Assembly: GCA_010093815.1 (NCBI GenBank)
Contig: ML996577.1
Strand: one strand, 5' to 3'
DNA: 64,000 nucleotides
DNA from: Pseudovirgaria hyperparasitica
Lineage: Eukaryota
Shown here: one piece after another, positions 12,389 through 24,974 of the stretch
How the letters are laid out: each line of letters starts with the position of its first letter
Numbering within the stretch: position 1 is the first letter of the stretch
The notes under the pieces: model-generated
What the model was told of the DNA's origin: nothing
The model's input: the letters and a program-made list of their open reading frames with translations, nothing else
Databases searched by the model: none
Translations under genes and position numbers: made by a program

Positions 12389-12966
12389 TTACATGGCTTC
12401 ACAAGTCTCTCTGTCCGGTATAGCATTCATAGCGAATTCGTTGCAAGGATTCCAGCAATCCGCAATGCCTTTACAGATCTGTGTAGACCAGCGTGCTGTA
12501 TCTGTTACATTTGATGAGTACCATTATTTTAGTCGATATTCATACTCACCGACGATGATCTTATCAAGGTCGCCACACGTCATGGCACACGGGATTCCAC
12601 AGAGAAGCCATGGCTCCATAATATGGTCGCGATCCAGGCAGAAATCTTCTCGTGTGATCTTGCGGAGATCGAATGTCTTGGGCTTAGGACGGTCTCGCCA
12701 GAAGCAATTGCGCTTCAAGATGCGTTAGTAATGAAGTAATACTGTTGTGAGAAGTGTCTACCGCGAGGAACACGTACCGCACATTGATTATCGAGTCTAT
12801 AGACCAGTCCTAAAATCTTGTGATCAAGCCAGCCACGGTCGAGAGTCTGACTGGAGTCTCCGCTGGCAGTCTCATTGGAGCTCTCGCTGACCGTCTGATT
12901 GGAGCTCAAGAATATTGCGTGAGCAGAGACAGACAGCAGGCCAACGTATAGGGTCAAGACTCGCAT
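12389..12966 (-). CDS. Small secreted cysteine-rich protein (154 aa, 10 Cys), 3 exons
   Basis: Signal-peptide-like MRVLTLYVGLLSVSAHA. Removing introns 12777-12713 and 12549-12502 joins the exons in frame to the stop at 12389. Confidence 0.7.
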
Positions 12967-13667
12967 CGTGCGTTTTGGTCTGGATTATGAAGAGGCGTGA
13001 AGAGTGAGTAGCCTATTCTAACGAACTCCGAGATGAGAACGATTTGACCCCAGACGAATAAAGCTGTCGAGTATTTATATCTCTGGGGATTTGCTGATGC
13101 GTGCTTAGCAGGCATCATGGTACCGATCGAGACCCTGAACCATGGATACCACATCCGTGATCCGGGGTAAGACGTTCAGAGCGCAATATTGTATCTATTC
13201 TATGTAGCGACACAGATGCGTCTATGTGGCGACATTGTTGACTATGTCGACCACATTGTCCCTAGAGGTTGATTCACCAAGCTAATGATAGTGAATGGAC
13301 CAAAGACAATGAATGATCGATGATTACCCCGGTATCAAACTATGTAAACAATACAAGTACATACTGTTACTTAAAGATGTCTTCTCTATCCATTGACTAT
13401 CACTCATACTAGTAACAGGTCAACCCATGGTTCTATCATCCCCTTCACCTCCACCGCGCTTGATCCCCTACTAACAAGTCAACTATGGTCCTCTCCCATA
13501 ATTCACCACGCTATCTATTATCACACCCATGGAACCAGGCCATCAAGTAGGAAAATATTTTTTCACAAGGTTTCAGAGCTCAGAGCCTCCCACAATAAAG
13601 ACGGAGCATATCGCCTGCACTCTCGAGCATCCTCCTTATACCACACGCACACACAAACACACACAAG

Positions 13668-14561
13668 ATGTTCTCCTTCCTCGTGGCACAGCCCGCACGC
13701 ACTTTCCAACAAAGGCTTACCGAGCGCTTCGAAGGCCACTACCATATTGTCCCAAACCCCCCTAGGTACACCAGCCCTCCAAACATCCGGTCAACATTCA
13801 CACACGGCACCGATCTTCACAAAAGATGGAAGTCCATCAAGGACCACCAATACGGCCTCAAAACACGCTATACCGCCGAGCCCTTCGACAAGAACGACAT
13901 CAGGAACCCGCCGCAAGAGCAGTACATTGCCGCCCTGAACGAGCTTCACGCCAGCGCCGTCGAGGGACTGCAACAATTCACCGCGAAATCAGATCGTCTA
14001 GCCCTGCAACTCACGCCCCTGAACGGCAAGGCGAACTGCAGGGGCTGGCAGAGAATGTACGATCCAATCGTTGAGTCATCATCCTGCGAGCGAATCCTGG
14101 ACCGTCTGCAGGCGCTGGGCAGCGGCTATGATATATACAGCTGTCGGGGCAGACTGCCGCCTGGCCGCTCTGTGTACAGAGTCACGGCGTACATGCATCT
14201 GTTGTGTATTTCTGCGGCCGTGGCGTTATGTAAGTTGTGTCTTTACACGTATCGTAGTAGTAAGTTTGTTAACAGTACTACAGTGAATGACGAGAATTTC
14301 CTCGACGGCGACAATCGAAATGGCAGCGACTTCTCGACAGTGGGGAGCTGGCTGCTGCAACCGACATCGAAGCCACAGCTGAAGAAGGGCTTGGAGCTGT
14401 TTTCTGTATTTTGTGCCTCGAGGAATTTTGATGGATTGTGTCCGTTTTTTATGTTATACGGAGTTCCGTTTGGCGCTCATAAACAGCTCGCGATGTTGGT
14501 CGGTGAATTGGATAAGCATTTGAAGCACTTGACGGTTCTGATGGATCACGATGATAGATAG
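13668..14561 (+). CDS. Hypothetical protein (may contain an intron)
   Basis: 297-aa ORF with coding-like composition; no family recognised. Confidence 0.5.
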   Translation: MFSFLVAQPARTFQQRLTERFEGHYHIVPNPPRYTSPPNIRSTFTHGTDLHKRWKSIKDHQYGLKTRYTAEPFDKNDIRNPPQEQYIAALNELHASAVEGLQQFTAKSDRLALQLTPLNGKANCRGWQRMYDPIVESSSCERILDRLQALGSGYDIYSCRGRLPPGRSVYRVTAYMHLLCISAAVALCKLCLYTYRSSKFVNSTTVNDENFLDGDNRNGSDFSTVGSWLLQPTSKPQLKKGLELFSVFCASRNFDGLCPFFMLYGVPFGAHKQLAMLVGELDKHLKHLTVLMDHDDR

Positions 14562-14785
14562 CATATGGAGCATATAAGAATAATTATGTATATGTAATCT
14601 TGAATCGATTTTTTTTCGTACTCACTTGAACATTGATGGAACCTGTCTTATATTCAGGGGCGGTTTGCGCCAACCCGTATCTCAAAACTCCTACTGTGCT
14701 CGCTGTAAAACATGTTCAAGATGGATATGCTCCGAAGAGTGTCAAGACAAGGTCAACTATAAAATTTAGACCTTCGCTTCGCATG

Positions 14786-16579
14786 TCACCTAAGATTCGC
14801 AAAATCATCATCGCTGTCATCCAGCTCATCGCTATCCCAAGCATCCTCCTCGTCATTCAGTGCCATCTCGATGAAGCGCTCAATCCCAGCCCTTCGCGGC
14901 GGAATAATTCGAAAATTCATACCCGGCAGCTCTCGAATCGGTACTGGACCGCGCGCCCGGTCTGGAACGCGAACAGCAGGTTCGTCCTGCTGTCTGAGAT
15001 GGAGTTCATTCAGGGCTTCAGCGAACAACTCAGCTTCCTGCCTGGCTCGCCCATGCTCCGGAATAACCACATTCTCATTCTGATCAACAAGTGCCTCCGC
15101 CTCCGCATGAAGATCTGCCTGCAACACCTCCAGGGCCGCAATCTCCGCCGCCCTCGGGCCATCAAAATGTGCGCCCTGCCCATTATCTCCCTCCTCCAGC
15201 TCCCACAACCGCTGGAAGCATGACGTACCCGGATTGTTGAAATGCTGATACGGATTCGCGGAGTCGAGCCACGCGGAGCACAAGTAGCAGAAATGCGAGC
15301 GGCACTGGAAACACGTCATGTGATTGCAGCCGTGTGTTTTCTGTACAGGAGAGTTGCAGGTCGGACATGGAGAAGTATTGGCACGTATATAGTTATATGA
15401 AGCCTGTTCATCTTCAGAGAGCTCAGCAGCAGTGCGTGGCCAGCAGCGCACAAAGTCACCGTGCCAACCCGCAAGGCAGACGCGACAGAATGCAAATTCG
15501 CAGTCTTCGCAAATAGCGAGACGGTCGATCTTATTTGGGTCGTGAGGTGGGATGTCAGGTAGTGCTTGTATTTCATCTTCAGGTTCGGAGTCTGAGTCAG
15601 CGTAGTTGTCGAAAGAGGTGATCTTGGGGTATTTTGTTGAGCGGGCTGGGCCTTGACACCATTTGCGGGGACAGTAAATGGTTGTCTTGTCGGCCTCGAT
15701 TTTCTTCTTGCGTTTGAGATTAACGTAGCGTTTCACGAGGGCGTTGTCCAAGGGAATCTGCAGGAGTTCGCTTGGTCCCAGAGTCCGCTGCTTTCGTTTC
15801 TTGGACGTAAGTTTAGGGTCTTTGCCACAGCTGGGATCCATACACTTGACGCTCACGACGTCTCCTTCGTTGATACAGCTTGTATAGAAATCTCGCAAGC
15901 AGGACACACAGAACACATGCCCACAACGAGCCATTTTATAGCACGAAGACCCTCTCTTCGGCTCGAGACATACTCCACAATCGTATGTGCTTTGCTCGAA
16001 CTTCCGCCTCTTTGCTAGCTTGTCATAATCCAGGAGCATGAGCCGCATTGACCCAGGTAGTTCCATCGCAAGGTCTCCCGAGGCGAGATCAAACGCACGT
16101 TCGGCCGCCTGCTGTAGGAAGTCGATGTACCCGAACACAACCTGACTATGCCCATACTCGTCCCAAAGTTTCTCTCCTTCTTGCTGTAATGCATTTAGAG
16201 TAGCTTGTGGGACCCACGGCACAGTAGCATGCAGAATGAACTCTGGAGGTACGGACTCCGGATACCCATGCGGAAGGGCGATGTCGAGCCGAACAGCGGG
16301 AAGGAAGCATAAATCATGAGTCTGCAGCTCGCTTCTTGAAGATTCCTTTCCTGACCTAGCATGTCCGTCGTCTTCTGAGGAGGGTGGTGTAGGAAAAACA
16401 GGCGGTTTCTCACCGTCTGTTGATGCGGGGAAGCATACTCGCAGTGGCGACGCAAGTTCTACTGGTATTTCGAGGCGCGCGCGAAATGGTTCTTTGTCGT
16501 CCAGTTCCAGTTCTGGAAATATGGCGGCAATCGAGGAGAGTTCTTCTTCGCGCTCCTCGAGCGCGTTGTCATCTTCCAT
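14786..16579 (-). CDS. ITT1: RBR-type E3 ubiquitin ligase (RWD-RING-IBR-RING), Itt1/RNF14-like
   Basis: N-terminal RWD (EEELSSIAAIFP...LPHGYPESVPP), RING CGVC..CGHVFCVSC, IBR YCPRKWC..CEDCEFAFCRVC..WHG, and RING2 CPTC..KTHGCNHMTCFQCRSHFCYLC. Confidence 0.9.
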   Translation of the reverse strand: MEDDNALEEREEELSSIAAIFPELELDDKEPFRARLEIPVELASPLRVCFPASTDGEKPPVFPTPPSSEDDGHARSGKESSRSELQTHDLCFLPAVRLDIALPHGYPESVPPEFILHATVPWVPQATLNALQQEGEKLWDEYGHSQVVFGYIDFLQQAAERAFDLASGDLAMELPGSMRLMLLDYDKLAKRRKFEQSTYDCGVCLEPKRGSSCYKMARCGHVFCVSCLRDFYTSCINEGDVVSVKCMDPSCGKDPKLTSKKRKQRTLGPSELLQIPLDNALVKRYVNLKRKKKIEADKTTIYCPRKWCQGPARSTKYPKITSFDNYADSDSEPEDEIQALPDIPPHDPNKIDRLAICEDCEFAFCRVCLAGWHGDFVRCWPRTAAELSEDEQASYNYIRANTSPCPTCNSPVQKTHGCNHMTCFQCRSHFCYLCSAWLDSANPYQHFNNPGTSCFQRLWELEEGDNGQGAHFDGPRAAEIAALEVLQADLHAEAEALVDQNENVVIPEHGRARQEAELFAEALNELHLRQQDEPAVRVPDRARGPVPIRELPGMNFRIIPPRRAGIERFIEMALNDEEDAWDSDELDDSDDDFANLR

Positions 16580-16957
16580 ATCGCATCGGAGGTGTAGACG
16601 GCGGACCGAGCTTGAGGATGGAGGTAATGTTAGGTAGCGGGAAAGGGTCACACTCGTTCCCACAGATCATGGGTCACGCAGGTCTTATGTACGAATAGAG
16701 GGAGGTAGTAAACTTCGAGCTCGGTGGCAAGTTTCGATCAAGACTGGTGTTGTATGTGACTGTGTCTTGCTCGTTGGTCTAATGCGTTCATCGGCAACGA
16801 GTCATGCTTTATGCGTTAAGCGAGTCATAAGTGGTTGATGCCTGAGGCATAGAATGCCCATGGATTTAGACTAGTAACGAACGTCGTACGTTGTATAACA
16901 CGCTGCACGGCATCCAGCCCAATTACCATTTAGGGGACGCATAGAACACCCACCGTC

Positions 16958-17762
16958 ATGGAGGAACCGGCACTGGCTTCTCTCTCTTTAACTCATGTCA
17001 GCTATGTAAGTGCCAATCTCGTAGTCACCGTTCGGCAATTAATACATCCAGAACCCCGCCGACTGGTACTCGTACATGTGCGCATGGCTCGCACTCACCC
17101 CTCAAGCACTATGCGTGGCATATGCCATTTTAATCTGGTCTACACGCGAAGTCGAAGTAATTAGCATGTTCATCGGACAAATGGCCTGCGAAGGTCTGAA
17201 CTGGGGCCTAAAGAGATGGATCAAGGAAGAGCGACCACAGCGTGCGTCCGAGTGTTTCCGCTTGCCCAAACGCCCAAAGAATTCTCCACTGATAAGCTCC
17301 TATACAGAAATGAATGGCAAAGGCTATGGCATGCCATCGTCGCACGCCCAATTCGTGGCATTCTTTTCCGTCTCCCTATCGCTATTCCTCATGGCCCGGC
17401 ATACCCCCCACCCAACTCGCACACATACACCGACATCCCTATTCGAGCGCGGGATGCTGTCGTTGACGTCCATTATGTGTGCTCTAGCTGTAGCATATAG
17501 CCGGGTGTATCTCAATTACCATACTGAAAAGCAGGTTTTGGTTGGATGTGGAGCCGGCACCGCTTTCGCCCTGGTATGGTTCGCCATGACCTCGTTCGTG
17601 CGATCGGAAGGATACATTTGGCGGATGCTGAACCATCCAGCGGCTGAGGCACTCAGGATCAGAGATCTAGTCATTGAAGAAGACCTTCCAGACTCTGGGT
17701 GGGCGCGTTGGGTAGAGCTCAAGAAGAAGCGGAATGGTTTGAGTGGAAAGAAATCAAAATAA
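16958..17762 (+). CDS. CWH8: Dolichyl-pyrophosphate phosphatase (PAP2 family)
   Basis: LASLSLTHV.Y, LKRWIKEERP, GYGMPSSHAQF and SRVYLNYHT..QVLVG; two introns at about 17006-17051 and 17242-17307. Confidence 0.9.
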
Positions 17763-17990
17763 ATGTGATAATCACAGAATATATCAACAGGTACGGTTCA
17801 AAGACAGCCAGACAACCACCTATTATACGTCATATTCCTTGTCACATTAAATGCATAGCAGCTAATGGTCATAAATTCCGAAGTGCACTGTGGGTATCTG
17901 GGGCATGATACACCTGATGCCAGTATTTATCACAAAGACACGAATAGTTGAATCTGATTGGAAATTATTGAATTCAGGGAGCCTCTTGGT

Positions 17991-19460
17991 CTAGCCCGGC
18001 TCCTTCTGCAGCCTCCGTCCAAGTAGTGTATTCACAGTTCCACCTTCCGAGATCTGGGAGCTCGCTAATTGATCGAAAGGATCTTCTCGGACTTGAGCAG
18101 GGGTCAAAATTGCACCCCTTACTTGATCTGCACCAGCTTTATCCTCAGGAGGCACAGGCAGTAGAGGATCCGTGGAAAAGACGATAAGCAGTTTATCAAC
18201 AACACCCCGCACGCTGTCCATATTTGGTGCAAGCTGTTCTGTACCGATAGTCCGTCGCTATTATGTGAAGTCAGTCGAATATGAAACCCGGTAGAATGTC
18301 GTTTGGCACAGTGCTTTGGATGACCGGGAGACGACAAGACTTACGAATGCAAAAGTGGTTCCTTTGAAAGCTTGATGATACACAAGTTTATATTCTTCAT
18401 CACTCGCCGCGTCCTTGGCCTCTTGCTCGGTCTCAGTAATCGTTCCCTGCGCTATGACAGAGCCTGCTCTTGGTCTCTTCGTCTTTCGGCGCTGCTGAAA
18501 ACCATACATGCGCATCGCAGCAAGGACAACCCTAGAAATCAGCTCGCGATTTTTCTCTTCAATGGCGGACTGCTCAGTAGAAATAATGCTCGTGACTCGC
18601 GATAACGAGGAATGCTTTTGTGGTCCTTCCGCTATACCTCGCCGGCTTGATGGTCGTGAGTCCGGTGCAAGGGTTGGTGATCTGGTGCGGAAGATGTCGC
18701 TAGTCACTGGTGTCCCACCGGCGCTGACAGGTCTTGTATCTAACGAGGCTTTTCGCTTGTGTGATATAGAGACGTCATGCCGTGAGGCAGCAGCAGCAAT
18801 ACTAACACCGCCTTTCTTTTTAGCTTGCCGGCGTTGTTCAGTGGCTTGATCGAATACATTGTCAACGACCTTGCGCTTCTTCAACTCTTCAGCTCGTTGC
18901 AAAGCTGTCGGGCGTGGAGGAAGGAAGCAAGAATCAGCTTCTGCGTCTTGCCCGGCCTGATCCGTGTGATCTAGGGTGAAGATTTGATCTGATGATAGAG
19001 GTAGGGCTTTTACGACCAGTCTTGCGACGGGACTGGAGATGTCGCCATTTGGCAAAGAATCCGCCGGGCCACTTTCGCTATAGAACAAAATTTCAGTGAT
19101 ATGTGCTGCTGCCGAGTGTTGTTGATCAGACTGGGTATGTTCCACGTGCGCGAGAATGCCAACTGGACTTTGCCCAATGAGTGATTTCCACCAAGGAGTA
19201 TCATGTTCTTGGTTAGTATATTGAGCAGTGTTGACTAGCAAGGAGGCGAACCAATCCTCCGTTTCTATACATGATGTTGAAACACTAAAGGGTGATCCGG
19301 CAGCCAAGTACAGCGGAATTTGAGAGACGTCGACCACGGACAAGAAACTCAAGGCCGCTGAGGGCGGGAATGGCGCGTGAGGAGATGCAAGAACAATATC
19401 TCTGACCAAACGCCCAGAGGATAGAGTAAGATTTCCAGTCCAGACATGCTGGTGATTCAT
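17991..19460 (-). CDS. Sld7 C-terminal-domain protein
   Basis: C-terminal EEKNRELISRVVLAAMRMYG...DEEYKLVYHQAFKGTTFAF|RR...VDKLLIVF resembles fungal Sld7_C; intron 18344-18258. Confidence 0.7.
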
Positions 19461-19710
19461 AGCCAAGATGAGTATGAGCGTCGCAATATGAAAGAAGAGG
19501 GCCGTCGACCAAATTGAAGACAAAGACGTGTATGACCGCGCCTGTGCGTAGCCTGCAGCACGCGAACCACACCCGACGAACCGGAGCTTACAACCCTCCG
19601 CATGTCTTTCATAATTACCACCCAACCAACTCTTTATGATCAAGATCGCGTCCATCTCTCTTGCACCAGGCCACCTCGTATCATCCGACGACATAGATGC
19701 CAATTAGGAC

Positions 19711-19995
19711 TTAGATCCCGTGCCTGAAGAAGCACATGAAGACCTTGTACCTGACCCAGCTGAAAGCGCCACCAACTTTGTCTCGTATCTTCCGCGTAGT
19801 GCTGCCCTTAGTAGGCTTCGACTCTTCATTTTCGTCTTCATTTTGTTCTTCAGGAATGCTTCGTGCGTAAAAGGACTGGGGTCTCGAACTGGTGCCCCGA
19901 GACCGGATGCTGCATGTGCCTATGTTCTTATATGCTTTGTTCGAAGGTACAGACTGTTCTGACTCGGAGTCTGGTAGTGGCCCTCGTGATGACAT
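19711..19995 (-). CDS. Small hypothetical protein
   Basis: 94-aa ATG-initiated ORF; no motif. Confidence 0.3.
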   Translation of the reverse strand: MSSRGPLPDSESEQSVPSNKAYKNIGTCSIRSRGTSSRPQSFYARSIPEEQNEDENEESKPTKGSTTRKIRDKVGGAFSWVRYKVFMCFFRHGI

Positions 19996-20937
19996 TTGGA
20001 GACCTTCAGAGTGGTTAGATATACCCTGAAGATATAGATTGGTACGATGGATCCTGACGTTCTATAACTTCAGAATCGCCTTCCACTTCAGATTGGCAAC
20101 AGAGCGGAACCTGGATTGATCAATGGGAATGTCTTTAGTGTACAGTGCGGGCTGCACAGAGCGTCTGTCGAACAATTATGCGACGTGAATAGCGAGCAGA
20201 CAGATCCAACAGCTAATGAAATGCCCAGTATGGGTGCCCAGACGAGCCTTGTAGCAGTGATGATGACAGAGAGTAGGAGCATACGTGGTTCTCGAAATAG
20301 AGCGCGAATAACAATGAATGGCCGATGATTGTGAGGATGACCTGTAGGATCAAGGTCGAAGTAGAATGAGGTTAAGAGTATAGAGCTATTAGAAGGGCTG
20401 ATGTGTTGATTTATTTGTATGTTTGGATCGGTATTAGTGTCTCCTTCCGCGACATGTTTGGGCCTATACTTCCTGATATTGAATGATCGCGACTTCAGAA
20501 AATAATTTTTGAGTTGATGTCCGGACACCGAAGTCTCTCGAATGGAATGCAACTGAACTGGGAGCAGCATGAAGAACTACTTTGAGTAGATACTGAGTAC
20601 ATCGATGACAGTGTTGTAAACACAGCATAGGAAGAGGAAGTGTGATAAGTGGTCCTTTACCATGATAGCTTGATGCCTCAGGTGGATACTCGCAGCCACA
20701 CACGTGACCAGTATGAATTAGCGTCAAATCAGGGATCAGGACGCGTTCCATCTTCGACATCCCTCGCATACAAAGAACTCGGATCATCAGGACCATCACG
20801 TCTATACCATTGAAGCTAGTATCTCGCACGGTGAACCAGCGCATTACGTATCTGAATGCGTGTGTGTTGTGATACACCGAGTAGCAGCATGTACAGCGAG
20901 GTCGACGTACCCACCCCGTCTATCACAACCAGCAACA

Positions 20938-22818
20938 ATGTTGCGAATTATAAAATCATTCGGACGCCATCAGGAAGACAGTCATGAGGGTGTATTGGTT
21001 CCTCTCGAACAAGTCCAAAGATATGCCAGTGTCCCGGGCGACGACGAGAATGATATCGCCGACCCACGTCATACCGGTGCTGGTCAGCTGAAAGTAGCTG
21101 GGGACGACGATAATGACAACGACAATGCTCCTTTATTAGTGACAGACGGCGGTGAGAGCCTTGCACGTCTTCGCGCTGAGATTGAAGCAGACATGACTAC
21201 GTCCGACTCGCAGACGACATACGACCTTAAATCGAAAGTGTTCAATAAGGCAATCCAGGACATTGGTATGGGCCGGTATCAATGGGAGTTGTTCGCATTA
21301 TGCGGGATGGGGTGGTTTGCAGACAACCTATGGATGGGAGGCTTGTCCCTTGTCCTACCGCGTATGTCGATTGAGTTTGGGATCGATGAAAACAAGGTCC
21401 GGTACACGACAATGTTCACGTTTATTGGCCTGTCGATTGGATCCTCGTTCTGGGGCATAGCTTCGGACATAATTGGCAGACGGCCTGCCTTCAATGCGAC
21501 ATTACTTCTCTGTGGAGCCTTTGGATTCGCTACTGGCTTTGGACCGTCTTGGATTGCTACGTCTATGCTGTTTTTGTGCATGGGTCTTGGAGTGGGCGGT
21601 AATCTTCCGGTAGACGGCGCATTATTTCTGGAGTTTTTGCCTTTTGACTCAGGTCACTTGTTGACACTGCTTTCTGTGTGGTGGCCTGTAGGACAATTAG
21701 CTGCTTCACTGCGTAAGTCCTCAATCAACACCTCATTCCCTGATTGCTCATCATTCTAGTCGCCTGGGCCATAATCCCTACGAGGTCTTGCGATCTCCAA
21801 CTCCAGGCCTGCTTTCTGGTTAACGGCATCCAGCCCTGCTGCAGCACATCCGACAACATGGGCTGGCGGTACTTCATCTTCTCTTTGGGCATTTTGACAC
21901 TCTTCATGTTCGTCTGTCGCTACTTCCTCTTCACTCTCTATGAGTCACCCAAGTTCTTACTCTCCCACAACCGCCAAGCCGAAGCCGTGTCCGTTATCCA
22001 CGCCATAGCATACCACAATAAGTCACAGACATGGCTGACAGAAGATATTCTCAACGCCATTGGCGGCCATCCAGAATCAGCCTCCAACTCTGGCCCCAGC
22101 GCAAAGGAGATAGGCATGCGTAAAATGCAAGCCTTCTCCCTTCGTCTCGTCCGTCCACTATTCAAAGACTCAAAATTAGCTCTATCAACATCCTTAATCT
22201 GGTTCATATGGGCAGCGTAAGTCCACTCTCGGCCCAATCGGTCACCGGAATCTCACTAACAACTCTAGCATCGGCATGGGCTACCCCCTCTTCAACGCCT
22301 TCCTGCCCCAATACCTCCAACACATCGGTGACACAGACCCTGATGACGCACCCGTCTCAACAAATACGGTCTATGCCGACTTCGCGATTACATCGATCGT
22401 TGGCCTCCCTGGCGCCCTCCTCGCCGGCTACGCCGTAGATCTGCGTTATCTGGGGCGACGCGGCACGCTAGCCATATCGACGCTGATTAGCGGTTTGACC
22501 ATGTTTCTCTTCACGTATTCAACCAATCCAGGCTATCAAACCTTCTGCTCGTCGCTTGCCGCCTTCTTTCAAAATATCATGTATGGTGTGCTGTATGCCT
22601 ACACACCCGAGGTGTTTCCAAGCCCAAATCGGGGCACGGGAACCGGGATTGCGAGTCTGTTGAATAGAATTGCGGGAATGTGCGCTCCGGTCGTGGCAGC
22701 GACGGTTGGTGCCATACATCCCGCCGCACCTATCATCGGGGCGGGCGTAGTGTATGTGGCAGCATTCGCAGCGATGTGTATTCTGCCGATTGAAACTAGA
22801 GGAAAACAGAGTCTGTAG
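20938..22818 (+). CDS. MFS transporter (SV2/sugar-transporter-like), 3 exons
   Basis: IGMGRYQWELF, SDIIGRRPAFN, GVGGNLPVDG, LYESPKFL, YAYTPEVFP..RGTG and PIETRGK. Confidence 0.92.
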
Positions 22819-22903
22819 GCTACCGAGTAAACAGAAGAAACATAATCACAGCACCTAATGGTAACCAAAAAGTTTTAAGCTACACAACTAAGGTCACGCG
22901 TAC

Positions 22904-24112
22904 TCAATCAACAGCTCTGCCTTTGCCTTTATAATCATCAGCGGTAGCATAAAGATATGCTTCGTACCCTGCATCCACGAAGACGTCGGTCTCTGTCCTT
23001 GCCTCATCTTTGATAGGCTCAGATTTCACACTCGATCTCATGCCTGTACTTGATTCGTCTTTGATAGAATCTCCTTTGTCCGACTCTTCCTTCTCCCTTG
23101 ACCGCCAACTGTCGATCTTATCTGACAATGACATGGACTCATATTTTATAGGCGGACTCGAATTCCCAAGGATTTCGTCCTCGGATTTTACATCTGGTAA
23201 GGAACCCATGTCCATCTGTGGACTCCAAGCGCCCAGGGCTCTCCTCTGCTCACCCTCCCATCTAAGGCGATTCAAGAAGTCGGAAGTCCTCACCATATTT
23301 CTTATTGGTCGAGGTGGCCTCTGGGCGAGAATAGCGCGAGTTTCATCATTGCGTGGAACATCTGGCCACTTGAAAAGCGTCGCTTTCTTTACAGGTGCAA
23401 GCGGGTCCTCGCTGCATGACTGAAGTACAAATATGACTTCTTGTACCCAGTACTCGAACTGATCAGAGCTAAACTTGAGGCTATCCATGAGAATGGTACG
23501 GTGTATCCTGATTAATCGATGTACTGCGCAGGCCAGGCGTGGATCACTCTTTTCATGATTAAACTGTGGGTAGCGTTTCGTGCGCCGGAACTCTTGAAAG
23601 ACCAGCTCTGATATCACCTCCGGATGCTCTTTACTGTGTTTCCTAAGCTCTTTCAGCTCTTGCACAATGGCCGCCATCAAGTAGAAAGGAACACTGTCAG
23701 ATCCGTCAGTCTCCAAGAACGCCGGGATGGGTAGTCCAGGATCAAGTTCTGTCACGCTGGAACGAAATTCTGAGTCTCCGGAACTCAGGTCTGTGGACAA
23801 TAGCTGGGAAGAAGTGCGGTCCGCCTCCTCAGAATCGTGCCGATCTTCTTCTTTGGTGGTGAGGCTAGGCTGGAAGACAATGAAATCCATCTCTTCTGAT
23901 TCGATGGCAACTCTTGACGGGGTGATATGGGTGTCAATATCTTCTGATTTGCTAGTGACCCCTGGTGGGATGATGCTAAAATCCATCTCTTCAGAACTAT
24001 TACATCGTTCCTGCTTAATGCTGGGGGATGCTTGCGCCGGACCAATATCCTTGCCATTCGAATCGCGGATCTCATCTGATGTTGTGACAGTGAACTTTTG
24101 GACAAGGCGCAA
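22904..24112 (-). CDS. Hypothetical protein (start codon uncertain)
   Basis: About 400-aa ORF with internally repeated SEEMDF and IKxE motifs. Confidence 0.6.
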   Translation of the reverse strand: MRLVQKFTVTTSDEIRDSNGKDIGPAQASPSIKQERCNSSEEMDFSIIPPGVTSKSEDIDTHITPSRVAIESEEMDFIVFQPSLTTKEEDRHDSEEADRTSSQLLSTDLSSGDSEFRSSVTELDPGLPIPAFLETDGSDSVPFYLMAAIVQELKELRKHSKEHPEVISELVFQEFRRTKRYPQFNHEKSDPRLACAVHRLIRIHRTILMDSLKFSSDQFEYWVQEVIFVLQSCSEDPLAPVKKATLFKWPDVPRNDETRAILAQRPPRPIRNMVRTSDFLNRLRWEGEQRRALGAWSPQMDMGSLPDVKSEDEILGNSSPPIKYESMSLSDKIDSWRSREKEESDKGDSIKDESSTGMRSSVKSEPIKDEARTETDVFVDAGYEAYLYATADDYKGKGRAVD

Positions 24113-24974
24113 ACTTGGTGGACAGGGAGTAGAGTCAGCCCTCGTACGCGGACTAATGCCATGTTACCTCGACTTCTTAGTAATCTCGATAATAGATACT
24201 CACGAGCTGCTCGCCATGATAAAGGTCGGATTCAAATCTAAAGCACAGTGACTGGAGAATCTGACATAATGTAAGCAGTAAGTTTTTGCGCAAATGCACA
24301 AGGAACCAGTTGTACAAGACAAGCCTGGAATGTATAGCTTAATTCTGTGGTTTGATCAAATTGAGCGTTGAAAGCTGAACTCTCAAGCTCAGAGAACAGG
24401 TTTATGAATAGCGAATGTTGCTAAAGATGTGGAATTTTGCTTTGTAAACTAAGCAACGAAGACTTCTCGTAGATGGCGATAAATGGCGAGTTGAGATGCC
24501 GATGAATGCTAATGTGGTACACAATAAGACTTTGAACAAAGAAACTGTTAGATTTCTAGGTGAGTGCGTCCGCAATTAGCTGTTCGCCATACTGTTGTAT
24601 GTCTCTTGCGTTATGAGACGTCTAGCTGCAGTCGCTCCTTCGCGATTTTTGGCAGCCCCCCGTATTCTACCTGGTATCAAACCAATCAGCCCAATTACCT
24701 TGGACTTGATAGGAGCTAGCTTAAGTGTCATTAAAAGTACGATGTATATATTACAAAGTGAACAGAGTAAGACACACATTTCCCCAATTTCAGTTTTATC
24801 GTTGCTCGACTACTTAGCTATACATTCGCGAGTACCCAAAATTACAGACAAGTATCATAAAGAAAAGCTGTTCTTAACCATATCCGTGATCAGCTGCCAT
24901 ATTCAGCGAAGATTCCCACTGCATCCAAGCGGAGGTCCGTGACGGCTGCTCCTCATTGCAATGCTTCCCGGACT

